Of a DNA stretch of 32,000 bases, positions 1-7,872 are shown in pieces. Source of the stretch: an uncultured Actinomycetes bacterium (GTDB lineage: Bacteria; Actinomycetota; Actinomycetes; S36-B12; CAIYMF01); contig CAWJMG010000003.1 in NCBI GenBank assembly GCA_963843975.1, forward strand, positions 2,490,001-2,522,000, given 5' to 3'. The number at the start of each line of letters is the position of its first letter. Positions within the stretch are counted from its first letter, which is position 1. The translations under genes were made by a program, and so were the position numbers. The notes beneath the pieces were generated by a model. The model saw only the letters and a program-made list of their open reading frames with translations. It was not told the DNA's origin and searched no databases.

Positions 1-2
1 CC

Positions 3-377
3 GAGTCGGCCACACCCACGCCGCCCCCGTCGACGACCTCGGCCGCCCCGAAGCCGACGCCGACCACGTCGAGCCCGGAGCCGACCAGCGACTCGCCCAC
101 CCCGGAGCCGACCACCGAGTCGCCCGAGCCCGAGACGACCTCCGCCGAGCCGACGCCGGAGCCGACGTCCGAGACCCCCACCGCGGAGTCCACGACCGCG
201 GTCCCGAGCGCGTCGACGAGCGTCGGCCAGGGCACGCCGCCGCCGGCGTCCGACTCGGGCGGCATGCCGTCGTGGGGCTGGATCATCCTGCTCGTCCTCG
301 CCGCGGTCGCTGCCGGAGCGGGCTGGCTCCTCAGCCGCCGCCGCGACGACGACCCGTCAGCCGAGTCCGAGGTCTAG
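3..377 (+). CDS. 3' end of a Pro/Thr/Glu/Ser-rich exported protein with a C-terminal TM anchor (partial; 5' end is outside the window)
   Basis: The frame opening at nt 3 reads ...TPTPPPSTTSAAPKPTPTTSSPEPTSDSPTPEPTTESPEPETTSAEPTPEPTSETP...GGMPSWGWIILLVLAAVAAGAGWLLSRRRDDDPSAESEV*. A hydrophobic helix plus RRR stop-transfer tail follows. Stop TAG is at 375-377. No LPXTG motif was seen. Confidence 0.5.
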   Translation, partial: ESATPTPPPSTTSAAPKPTPTTSSPEPTSDSPTPEPTTESPEPETTSAEPTPEPTSETPTAESTTAVPSASTSVGQGTPPPASDSGGMPSWGWIILLVLAAVAAGAGWLLSRRRDDDPSAESEV

Positions 378-380
378 ACC

Positions 381-1031
381 TCAGGCCTGGAGGTCGGCGA
401 TGCCCTTCAGCAGGAGCAGGAGTCCGATCACGACGAGGACGACCGCCATCACGGCGGAGTTGTTGCGCACGAGCCAGTCACGGGCGACGCCGAGCGGCCC
501 CAGGACGCGCTCGCCGAGCACGGTGTACGCCAGCACCGGGATCGCGACGCTCACGGACGCCACGAGCGTGAACACCACGACTGCGACGATGTCGCCCCGC
601 GCAGTGAAGTCGTCTGCGCCGATCGCGAGGCCGGCCGCCGCAGCGAGGAGGAGCACCTTGGGGTTCGCGGCCGACAGGAGCAGGGCGACGCGGAACGCCC
701 CGGCGGGAGCGGCGCCGCTGATCGAGCGCATCCAGGCCGGCTGCTCGGCGTCGGCGGCTCGGCCGGTCCACTGCTTCACGCCGTACGCCACGAGCCCAAC
801 CCCGCCGACGACGCGCAGCCACGACGCCCACGACGGCGTGTAGTCCGACTGGTCCACGACCTCGGCCAGGAGCACGAAGACCGCAGCCGGGGCGCCCACG
901 CCGAGGAGCCAGCCCGACAGGAACGACCAGGCCGCCGCGCGGGCCCGGTCGGTGAACAGCAGCAGGATCACCGGGATCACCGGGAACGGCGAGGCCGCGA
1001 TGCCGATCGCGAGCGGCAGCACCTCTCCCAC
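381..1031 (-). CDS. GAP-family (DUF2910 / Sap-like) multi-pass membrane protein
   Basis: 216-aa ORF with N-terminus MGEVLPLAIGIAASPFPVIPVILLLFTDRARAAAWSFLSGWLLG and about 6 hydrophobic segments. The pattern matches my memory of the GAP/DUF2910 family. GC3-rich coding. Confidence 0.6.
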   Translation of the reverse strand: MGEVLPLAIGIAASPFPVIPVILLLFTDRARAAAWSFLSGWLLGVGAPAAVFVLLAEVVDQSDYTPSWASWLRVVGGVGLVAYGVKQWTGRAADAEQPAWMRSISGAAPAGAFRVALLLSAANPKVLLLAAAAGLAIGADDFTARGDIVAVVVFTLVASVSVAIPVLAYTVLGERVLGPLGVARDWLVRNNSAVMAVVLVVIGLLLLLKGIADLQA

Positions 1032-1061
1032 GGGCCCTCCTCCGTACGGCGTGACCGAACC

Positions 1062-2063
1062 CTAGGTGTAGTTCCCCGTGAGGTTGTGAACGCGGGCTGC
1101 GGGAACGTCGCCGCCGATGCCGGTGTGGGGTCGGTGGTGATTGTAGGAGTGGATCCAGTCGGCGTAGGTCGCGTCGCGGGCGGCCTGCGAGGGGTAGGTC
1201 TGGGCGTAGGCCCACTCTGAGGCCAGCGTGCGGTTGAAGCGTTCGACCTTGCCGTTGGTCTGGGGCCGATAGGGCCGGGTCCGCTTGTGCTTGACCTCCT
1301 TTCCGAGGGCGGAGGCGAAGTCCTTGGATCTGTAGCAGGGGCCGTTGTCGGTCATGACCGCGGTGACGGTGATGCCGGCCGCGTTGAAGAACGCCCTCGC
1401 TCGCTTCCAGAACGCGGCCGCGGTCTCTTTTCGTTCGTCGGGCAGCTGCTCGGAGTAGGCCAGCCGCGTGTGGTCATCGACGGCGTGGTGCAGGTAGACG
1501 TAGCCGCGGGATGACTTGGCCCCCTGACGCGCGGCTCGGGTCCGTGAGACGCGGGCGCGCTTGTCCTGCTCGGAGCCGCGGCCATAGGCCCGCCAGCCAC
1601 CGCCGTCGGGGATCTTCCCGAGCTTCTTGACGTCCACGTGCACGAGGTCGCCCGGAGCGGCAGCCTCATAGCGGGTCGGCTTGGTCTTGCGGACGGGCAG
1701 GCCCGTGGCCTGGTCGAGGTGGGTCAGCAGCGGCATCTGGTAGCGGGCCAGCACCCGCCCGACGGTCGAGCGGGGCACGCCCAGGTGGTAGGCGATCCGG
1801 TGCGGGCCCCACCGACGGGTGAACCGCAGCCCGACGATGCGCTGCTCGAGCCGGCGCGGGCACCGGGTCGGGCTGCGCAGGGGCCGCGACGACCCGTCGG
1901 TCATCGGCATGCCCGCCCGGTAGCGGGCAGCCCACTTCGACGCCGTCGCCGGCGAGCACTGGAACCGCTCAGCGGCCCGGCGGACCGCCCAGCCGTCCTC
2001 GACGATCAGCTTGGCCAGGCGAAGACGACCGACAGGGGTGAGCGGGGCGTTAGCGTGAGTCAC
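1062..2063 (-). CDS. IS481-family DDE transposase (HTH plus integrase-core domain)
   Basis: 333 aa: MTHANAPLTPVGRLRLAKLIVEDGWAVRRAAERFQCSPATASKWAARYRA... then ...HVDVKKLG...VYLHHAVDDHTRLAY...TDNGPCYRS...RPQTNGKVERFNRTL. This is the typical IS481/rve layout. Start is GTG at 2063. The stop TAG lies in the flanking CCTAGG. Confidence 0.9.
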   Translation of the reverse strand: MTHANAPLTPVGRLRLAKLIVEDGWAVRRAAERFQCSPATASKWAARYRAGMPMTDGSSRPLRSPTRCPRRLEQRIVGLRFTRRWGPHRIAYHLGVPRSTVGRVLARYQMPLLTHLDQATGLPVRKTKPTRYEAAAPGDLVHVDVKKLGKIPDGGGWRAYGRGSEQDKRARVSRTRAARQGAKSSRGYVYLHHAVDDHTRLAYSEQLPDERKETAAAFWKRARAFFNAAGITVTAVMTDNGPCYRSKDFASALGKEVKHKRTRPYRPQTNGKVERFNRTLASEWAYAQTYPSQAARDATYADWIHSYNHHRPHTGIGGDVPAARVHNLTGNYT

Positions 2064-2163
2064 GAAGACCTCCGGGCGAGGGTTGGTGTGGTAACCCCCT
2101 CCGTACCGGAGGTCTTCGCTATCCGTCTACGCCCCGCCGTTCACAACGTCCCTGGGAACTACA
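1067..2163 (-). mobile_element. IS481-family insertion sequence, apparently intact (about 1.1 kb)
   Basis: Terminal inverted repeats 1067-1092 (TGTAGTTCCCCGTGAGGTTGTGAACG) and 2138-2163 (reverse complement TGTAGTTCCCAGGGACGTTGTGAACG) match at 23/26. Both ends are flanked by CCTAGG (1061-1066 and 2164-2169). The element carries a single DDE transposase ORF. Confidence 0.85.
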
Positions 2164-2352
2164 CCTAGGGCAGCACGGTCTGCGCCGGGCCGGCTGGAGC
2201 CGGGGCCCGGCGGTCGACGCCCGTTCCCCAGCCGGACACCAGACATTCGCGGCGTGATCCGGCCACCGCCACCCTGCGCGGTGAGTGTCGGAGGGCAGGA
2301 GTCGGGAGGCTCCGGGGGCGCCCGCCCCCACAACCACGTGAGGAGACCTTTC

Positions 2353-3877
2353 GTGAAGACCACCAAGACCTTGACGATCGTCGGCGTCAGCGCCGCGCTC
2401 GTCGCGCTCGGCGCTCCGCTGGCCAACGCGTCGCACGACGCCGAGGCGGGCGGCACCACGAGCTCGCAGTCGCCGTACATCGTGCCCGTCGCCGATGGCG
2501 TCACCACGCGCGCGATCCTGACCGCTGGCGACTCCGTCGGCGGCTACCGGTTCGCCGGCATCCCGGACGGCCTTGCGGCGTTCGAGAACGACGACGAGGA
2601 CGGCTACGGCGACGACACCTTCACGGTGCTCGTCAACCACGAGATCGGCACCGACCGCGTCACCGGCGCGCCGCTCGGCGTCGTGCGCGCCCATGGGGCC
2701 GCGGGCGCGTCCGTCACCAAGCTCACGATCTACGAGGAGACCCTCAAGGTCGTCAAGGCCGAGGACCTCATCCAGCGCGTGTACGACTGGAAGGACGGCG
2801 CGTGGGCGCCGACGGCGACGGCGTTCAACCGCTTCTGCTCGGGCGACCTCGCGCCCGTCTCTGCCTTCTACGACAAGGCGACCCGCACCGGCACCAAGGA
2901 GCGGATCTACCTGAACGGCGAGGAGAGCGGCAACGAGGGTCGTGCCGTCGCGCACGTCGCCACCGGCAAGGACGCGGGCTCGAGCTACATCCTCCCGTGG
3001 CTCGGCAAGTTCAGCTGGGAGAACGCCGTCGCCAAGCCCGGCTACGGCACGAAGACGGTCGTGGTCGGCACCGACGACACCACGCCGGGCCAGATCTACG
3101 TGTACGTCGGCACGAAGCAGAAGACCGGCAACGCGGTCGAGCGCGCGGGTCTCACCAACGGCACCGTCTACGGCATCAAGGTCGAGGGCGTAGGCAACGG
3201 CTCTGCCAGCGAGATCAGCACCGCCGTCCTGCCCGTGAACGGTGCAACCTCGCCCTTCACGCTCGTCCCGCTCGGCGACGTCTCGGCCCTGACCGGTGCG
3301 CAGCTCCAGACGGCCAGCAACAGCGCCGGCGTGACCGAGTTCGCCCGCCCCGAGGACTCCAGCTGGGACCCGAGCAACGCGAAGAACCTGTACGCCGCCA
3401 TGACGAACGCGTTCAACCGTCAGACGCGGCTGTGGAAGTTCACCTTCACCGACGCGGGCAACGTGCTCGCCGGTGGCACCGCGACGATCGCCCTGCAGGG
3501 CCCGGCGTTCGACCCGGCGAAGTCCAACGCGGACCAGGCCGGCCCGCGCATGCTCGACAACCTCACGGTCAACGCCAACGGCGAGGTCCTGGCGCAGGAG
3601 GACGTCGGCGGCAACGACTACCTCGGCGGCATCTACCGGATCAACCCGGCGACCGGCACCTCGACCCTCATCGCCCAGCACGACCCGGCGCGGTTCGTCA
3701 CCGGTGCTCCCGGCTTCCTGACGACCGACGAGGAGAAGCTCGGGCATCATCCCCGTGCCGTTCCTCGGCAGGGGTGCCTACCTGATCGACAGCCAGGCCC
3801 ACTACGCCACCGACGCCGAGACCGTCGAGGGCGGACAGCTCCTCCTGCTGCGCATCAAGGACCCGAAGCGCAGCTAG
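2353..3877 (+). pseudogene. Secreted DUF839/PhoX-like beta-propeller protein, interrupted by a +1 frameshift at about 3736 (true pseudogene or consensus error)
   Basis: RBS GGAGA then GTG at 2353. Sec signal VKTTKTLTIVGVSAALVALGAPLANA. Body contains ...TVLVNHEIG...FNRFCSGD...YLNGEESGNEGR...EFARPEDSSWDP... Frame 1 ends sensibly at ...FLTTDEE. Frame 2 continues SSGIIPVPFLGRGAYLIDSQAHYATDAETVEGGQLLLLRIKDPKRS* to the stop at 3875-3877. The family assignment is from memory. Confidence 0.55.
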
Positions 3878-4046
3878 CACCCCCGAACGGCTGCACGACC
3901 CACGTGCCCGGTCGCTCCCTCTGCGGAGCGGCCGGGCACGCGTGCGTCGGCGTACGCGCTCACACGGACCTCACGAACCGAAACGCGCAGGCAACAGATG
4001 CCTGCCACGCTGGGTGCACCGAACGCCGATCCCGGGAGTCCCAGCA

Positions 4047-5903
4047 GTGAGCGATGCCGGTGCCGAGGCCGTGACGAGCCGACCCCGTGGGCCGATCGAG
4101 GGCCTGCTCGACGAGGTCTGGCGCGAGGTCGCCGTCCTCGACGACGGCGACATCGCGACGTACATCCCCGAGCTCGCCAAGGCCGACCCGTCCACCTGCG
4201 GCATCAGCCTCGCGACCCTCGACGGGCAGGTGTACGACGCCGGCGCGCTCGTGCCGTTCACCATCCAGTCGGTGTCCAAGCCGTACGTCTACGCGCTCGC
4301 CCTGGCCGACCGGGGCTCGGAGGCGGTGCTCGCGAAGGTCGGGGTCGAGCCGACCGGCGACCCGTTCAACAGCATCAGCCTCGACGACCGTTCGAGCCGC
4401 GCGTTCAACCCGATGGTGAACGCCGGTGCGATCGTCACCTCGAGCCTCGTGCACGGGCAGACGCGCGCCGAGCAGTTCGAGCGCATCCACAGCGGCCTCT
4501 CGGCGTTCGCGGGGCGCGAGCTGGCGATCGACGAGGACGTGTTCCACAGCGAGCGCGCGACGGGCGACCGCAACCGCGCCATCGCCTACCTCATGCGCTC
4601 GGCGGGCCTCCTCGACGAGGATGTCGATGCTCAGGTGGAGTGCTACTTCCGCCAGTGCGCAGTCCTCGTCACCGCACACGACCTCGCGGTGATGGCGGCG
4701 ACGCTCGCCAACAGCGGGGTGAACCCGGTGACCGGCGAGCAGGTCGTCCCCCGCGACGTGGTCGCGTCGGTGCTCACGGTCATGGCGACCTGCGGCATGT
4801 ACGACTACGCGGGCGAGTGGCTCTACCGCGTCGGGCTGCCCGCCAAGAGCGGTGTCAGCGGCGGCGTCTCGGCCGCGCTGCCCGGCCAGCTCGGCCTCGG
4901 CCTGCACAGCCCTCTGCTCGACGCCAACGGCAACAGCGTGCGCGGGGTCGCCGCCGCAGAGCTGCTCTCCAAGCGCCTCGGCATGCACCTGCTGCTGCCG
5001 TCCGAGCGCACCCGCAGCGGCCTGCGCCGCACCTACCGGGCCGACGCGATCCGGTCCCGCCGCGGCCGCCCGCGCGCGCACCGGGCCGTGCTCGACGCCG
5101 AGGCCTGGGCGATCGTCGTCCACGAGCTGGTGGGCGACGAGGGCTTCGCGAGCACCGAGCTGCTCATCCGCGCCGTCCTCGACGACCCGCGCCCGGCCCG
5201 CTGGCGGGTGCTCGACCTGCGTCGGGTCACCCGCATCGACACCGCGGCGAGCGCGCTGCTGCAGTCGCTCGTCGAGCAGCTCACCGAGGCGGGCGCCGTC
5301 GTCTGCATCGTGGAGCCGCGCACGATGCAGCCCCGCACCACCCTGCGGGTGCTCCCCGACTCCGTGCACCGGTTCGCCGACGCCGACGCAGCCCTCGAGT
5401 GGTGCGAGACCGAGCTGCTCAAGGAGCACGGGCTCACCGACGACCTCCTCGACGGGCTCGTGCCGCTCGCGGCCCAGGAGCTCCTCGAGGGGCTGCCCGA
5501 GTTCGCCGTCCAGGCGCTCGAGGAGCGCTGCACGACGCGGGTCATCACGGCCGGGGCCGTGGTCTTCGACGAGGGCGACCCGGCCGACGGCCTCTACTTC
5601 GTCGGGGCCGGTCAGGTGGCGGCCGACGTCCGCATCCGGAACCAGTCCGGGCGCCGCAGGCTGAGCACGATCTCGGCCGGCTCCTCCTTCGGCGAGCTGG
5701 CACTGGTCGACGGCAGCACCCGGTCGACCCGGATCGTCGCGCTCGAGCCGACCATCTGCCACGTGCTGTCGCCCGACGCGTTCGCCGAGCTGAGGCGCCG
5801 CGACCCGGCGTCGGCCTCCGAGCTCGTGCTCGCGATCTCGCGCAGCCTGTCGGCCAGGCTGCGCTCCTCCACGGCAGACGTCGCGGCCTTCGAGGACGCC
5901 TGA
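4047..5903 (+). CDS. glsA: Glutaminase A fused to a STAS domain and a cyclic-nucleotide-binding (cNMP) domain
   Basis: The N-terminal roughly 310 aa are classic glutaminase (YIPELAKADP...FTIQSVSKPYVYALAL...EPTGDPFNSI...NPMVNAGAI...GDRNRAIAYLM...MATCGMYDYAGEW..LPAKSGVSGG). A STAS-like block follows (RVLDLRRVTRIDTAASALLQSLVEQL). Then a cNMP block (GDPADGLYFVGAGQV...FGELALVDGSTRSTRIVA). The GTG start at 4047 follows GGGAG; an upstream in-frame start at 3942 is possible. Confidence 0.85.
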   Translation: MSDAGAEAVTSRPRGPIEGLLDEVWREVAVLDDGDIATYIPELAKADPSTCGISLATLDGQVYDAGALVPFTIQSVSKPYVYALALADRGSEAVLAKVGVEPTGDPFNSISLDDRSSRAFNPMVNAGAIVTSSLVHGQTRAEQFERIHSGLSAFAGRELAIDEDVFHSERATGDRNRAIAYLMRSAGLLDEDVDAQVECYFRQCAVLVTAHDLAVMAATLANSGVNPVTGEQVVPRDVVASVLTVMATCGMYDYAGEWLYRVGLPAKSGVSGGVSAALPGQLGLGLHSPLLDANGNSVRGVAAAELLSKRLGMHLLLPSERTRSGLRRTYRADAIRSRRGRPRAHRAVLDAEAWAIVVHELVGDEGFASTELLIRAVLDDPRPARWRVLDLRRVTRIDTAASALLQSLVEQLTEAGAVVCIVEPRTMQPRTTLRVLPDSVHRFADADAALEWCETELLKEHGLTDDLLDGLVPLAAQELLEGLPEFAVQALEERCTTRVITAGAVVFDEGDPADGLYFVGAGQVAADVRIRNQSGRRRLSTISAGSSFGELALVDGSTRSTRIVALEPTICHVLSPDAFAELRRRDPASASELVLAISRSLSARLRSSTADVAAFEDA

Positions 5904-6079
5904 CGCGGCGACCCGGGAGCGGACGCCCCCTGGGCGCCACGGTCACCCGTTCGGAGCAACGAGGCTCAGGGCGTCCGCAGTCTGGGACGTTTCTTGGACG
6001 TCCCGGGGGTGATCCCCGCAGGGGAAATGCCGATGATCGGGGGGTCAGAGAACCGCACGTCCTCGTTGGGGGAGCACGC

Positions 6080-6547
6080 ATGAAGATCCGGGTCGCCGTA
6101 CCGATCGCCGTCGCAGCCCTGTTCATGGGCTCGACCGCCGCGTTCGCGTCCAGCCACATCGCCGTACCCGCCTCCGCGCCCTCCGCCGACACGGTGAAGA
6201 CGGCCGTGCCCGAGCCCACCGAGACCGAGTCGGACGAGCCCGAGGCCACCGAGACCCCCTCGGTCGAGCCGACCGAGAGCGAGAGCCCCGAGGTCGAGGC
6301 CACCGAGTCCGAGACGCCGAAGGCGGCCGAGACCGAGTCTGAGTCCGCCGAGCCGCGGGCGACCCGCAGCCACGACGACTCCGACGACGACAGCGACGAG
6401 GCCGAGGACGGCGACCACCACGGCAGCGCGACGGCCGGATCCGGCGACGACGTCGAGGACCACGGTGACGACGAGGCCGACGACCACGGCGGCGACAGCG
6501 GCAGCGGCCACGGCGGCGACGACTCCTCGGAGCCGGACGACGACTGA
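6080..6547 (+). CDS. Small secreted, extremely acidic low-complexity protein (E/T/S/P-rich, then D/H/G-rich)
   Basis: RBS GGGGGAG then ATG at 6080. Signal peptide MKIRVAVPIAVAALFMGSTAAFASS. Then PEPTETESDEPEATETPSVEPTESESPEVEATESETP... and ...HDDSDDDSDEAEDGDHHGS..DDVEDHGDDEADDHGGDSGSGHGGDDSSEPDDD*. A hairpin follows the gene. Confidence 0.6.
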   Translation: MKIRVAVPIAVAALFMGSTAAFASSHIAVPASAPSADTVKTAVPEPTETESDEPEATETPSVEPTESESPEVEATESETPKAAETESESAEPRATRSHDDSDDDSDEAEDGDHHGSATAGSGDDVEDHGDDEADDHGGDSGSGHGGDDSSEPDDD

Positions 6548-6567
6548 GCGTCAGCGAGAGAACCCGC

Positions 6568-6602
6568 GAAAGGCCCGTTCCCCTCGGGGGAGCGGGCCTT
6601 TC
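6568..6602 (+). terminator. Stem-loop terminator downstream of the acidic secreted protein gene
   Basis: GAAAGGCCCGTTCCCC-TCGG-GGGAGCGGGCCTTTC: about a 15-bp GC-rich stem with one bulge, 20 nt after the stop. Confidence 0.55.
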
Positions 6603-6711
6603 GGCATCCCGGATCACACGATCGGGCCGCAGATGCGCCGAACAGGTGACGTGCGCCCGGTTCTGTGGCACAACTGTCCGGTGGGAAGGTAGGCGGTCCG
6701 GGGAGGGGCGC

Positions 6712-7767
6712 GTGAAGTTCGGCAAGAAGCGCTCGGCTCCCGAGCCTGAGCCCATCGACATCACCGAGCGGCTGTCGATCCTCGATCTGCGCGATTCCGC
6801 GCGCCCGGGGGCCGCGCCCGGGTCGGCAGCGCCCCCCGCCGCGGGAGCTCCCGCGGCGTCCGAGAGCGACGCCCTGCCCGGTCGTGTGGTCTGGAAGCCG
6901 ACCATCTACCAGCCCCCCGCGCCCGGCACCGCGGCGCCCGCCGACGTGGTCGCGGAGGCCGTGACCGCCCCGCAGCCCGTCGTGGCCGCCGCCCCGCCGG
7001 TCGCGGCGCCGACGCCGGTCCCCGCGGAGACGCCCGCCTACGCTCCCCCGCCCGCTCTGGCGAACCACCACGCCGACGCGGCGCGGTACGAGGCCGAGGC
7101 GTTCGAGCTGCCCAGCTTCGTCCCGCCGCCGGTGGAGCCCGAGGCGCCGGCGGCACCCGTCGCACCGGACGTGTGGGACCAGCACGAGCCGACCGTCGCG
7201 ACCATGGCCGAGCCGCCGGTGGCTTACGACGCCCCCATGACCCCCGAGGCCACCACGTCAGCGCCGCCCCCTGTCGACCCCGGGGCCGGGGCCGGCGAGC
7301 CCGCCCACGAGCCGTGGACGCATCACGAGCCCACGCCGCTGGAGCCCGCGGCGCCGGCGTACGACGTCCCGATCGCGCACGGGATCACCACCGCCGAGCT
7401 GCCGCCGTTCGAGCCGCAGTCCGGCGCCGGGGAGCCCGCCCACGCGCCGTGGACGGAGCACGCACCGACACGCCTCGAGCCGGCCTACCCGCAGCACGAG
7501 GAGCCGACGCCCCTCGAGCCCACGGCGCACACGTCGACGTACGCCGAGCGCGAGGCGCAGGTGCCCGACGCCCGCGCGGAGGACGAGTCGCGCGAACCCG
7601 TCGAGGCGGCTTCGGCGCCGGACCTCACCGAGCCCGTCCCGACCGTCCCCGAGCAGGTCGTCGACCTCACCGAGGCGCCGGAGCCCGTGCACGCGGCGGT
7701 CGTCGAGGCGCTGGCGGCCAACAACCGGCGGAGCGACGACGACGGCGTCATCCGCTGGACCTGGTAG
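6712..7767 (+). CDS. Pro/Ala/Glu-rich hypothetical protein with internal repeats
   Basis: RBS GGGGAGGGG then GTG at 6712 (VKFGKKRSAPEPEPIDITERLSILDLRD...). Repeated blocks GAGEPAHEPWTHHEPTPLEPAAPAY and GAGEPAHAPWTEHAPTRLEPAYP, plus a third partial EEPTPLEPTAH. High GC3. No family recognised. Confidence 0.5.
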   Translation: MKFGKKRSAPEPEPIDITERLSILDLRDSARPGAAPGSAAPPAAGAPAASESDALPGRVVWKPTIYQPPAPGTAAPADVVAEAVTAPQPVVAAAPPVAAPTPVPAETPAYAPPPALANHHADAARYEAEAFELPSFVPPPVEPEAPAAPVAPDVWDQHEPTVATMAEPPVAYDAPMTPEATTSAPPPVDPGAGAGEPAHEPWTHHEPTPLEPAAPAYDVPIAHGITTAELPPFEPQSGAGEPAHAPWTEHAPTRLEPAYPQHEEPTPLEPTAHTSTYAEREAQVPDARAEDESREPVEAASAPDLTEPVPTVPEQVVDLTEAPEPVHAAVVEALAANNRRSDDDGVIRWTW

Positions 7768-7872
7768 TCCCAGGGTCTGAAGCGCAGGGCTCTGACGCGC
7801 CAGCAGTTGCTGCGCCAGGGCAGCACGACGGCGAGGCGGCCCTGTGCGGCGACCCTCCGGGACGTGGCCGGC

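Noticed and set aside
2220-2252. Possible PHO boxes (GTTCCCCAGCC GGACACCAGAC ATTCGCGGCGT) upstream of the PhoX-like gene.
   Set aside because: Only the first 11-mer resembles the GTTCA core and the other units are weak. This is not strong enough to call without a genome-derived PWM.
2119-3750. 543-aa ORF antisense to the PhoX-like gene. The same applies to other long antisense or off-frame ORFs: 3960-5762(-), 5545-7185(-), 9123-10877(+), 13559-15799(-), 17581-18777(-), 21806-24271(+), 24326-26218(-) and 26844-27932(-).
   Set aside because: Their translations are Arg/Gly/Asp/His-rich low-complexity strings with no domain-like sequence. They mirror recognisable genes on the other strand or frame. 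This is the typical shadow-ORF artefact of stop-codon-poor, >70% GC DNA.
5984-6004. Small hairpin GGGACGT-TTCTTGG-ACGTCCC downstream of the glutaminase gene as a terminator.
   Set aside because: The stem is only 7 bp and starts 80 nt after the stop. It is plausible but too weak to list as a feature.
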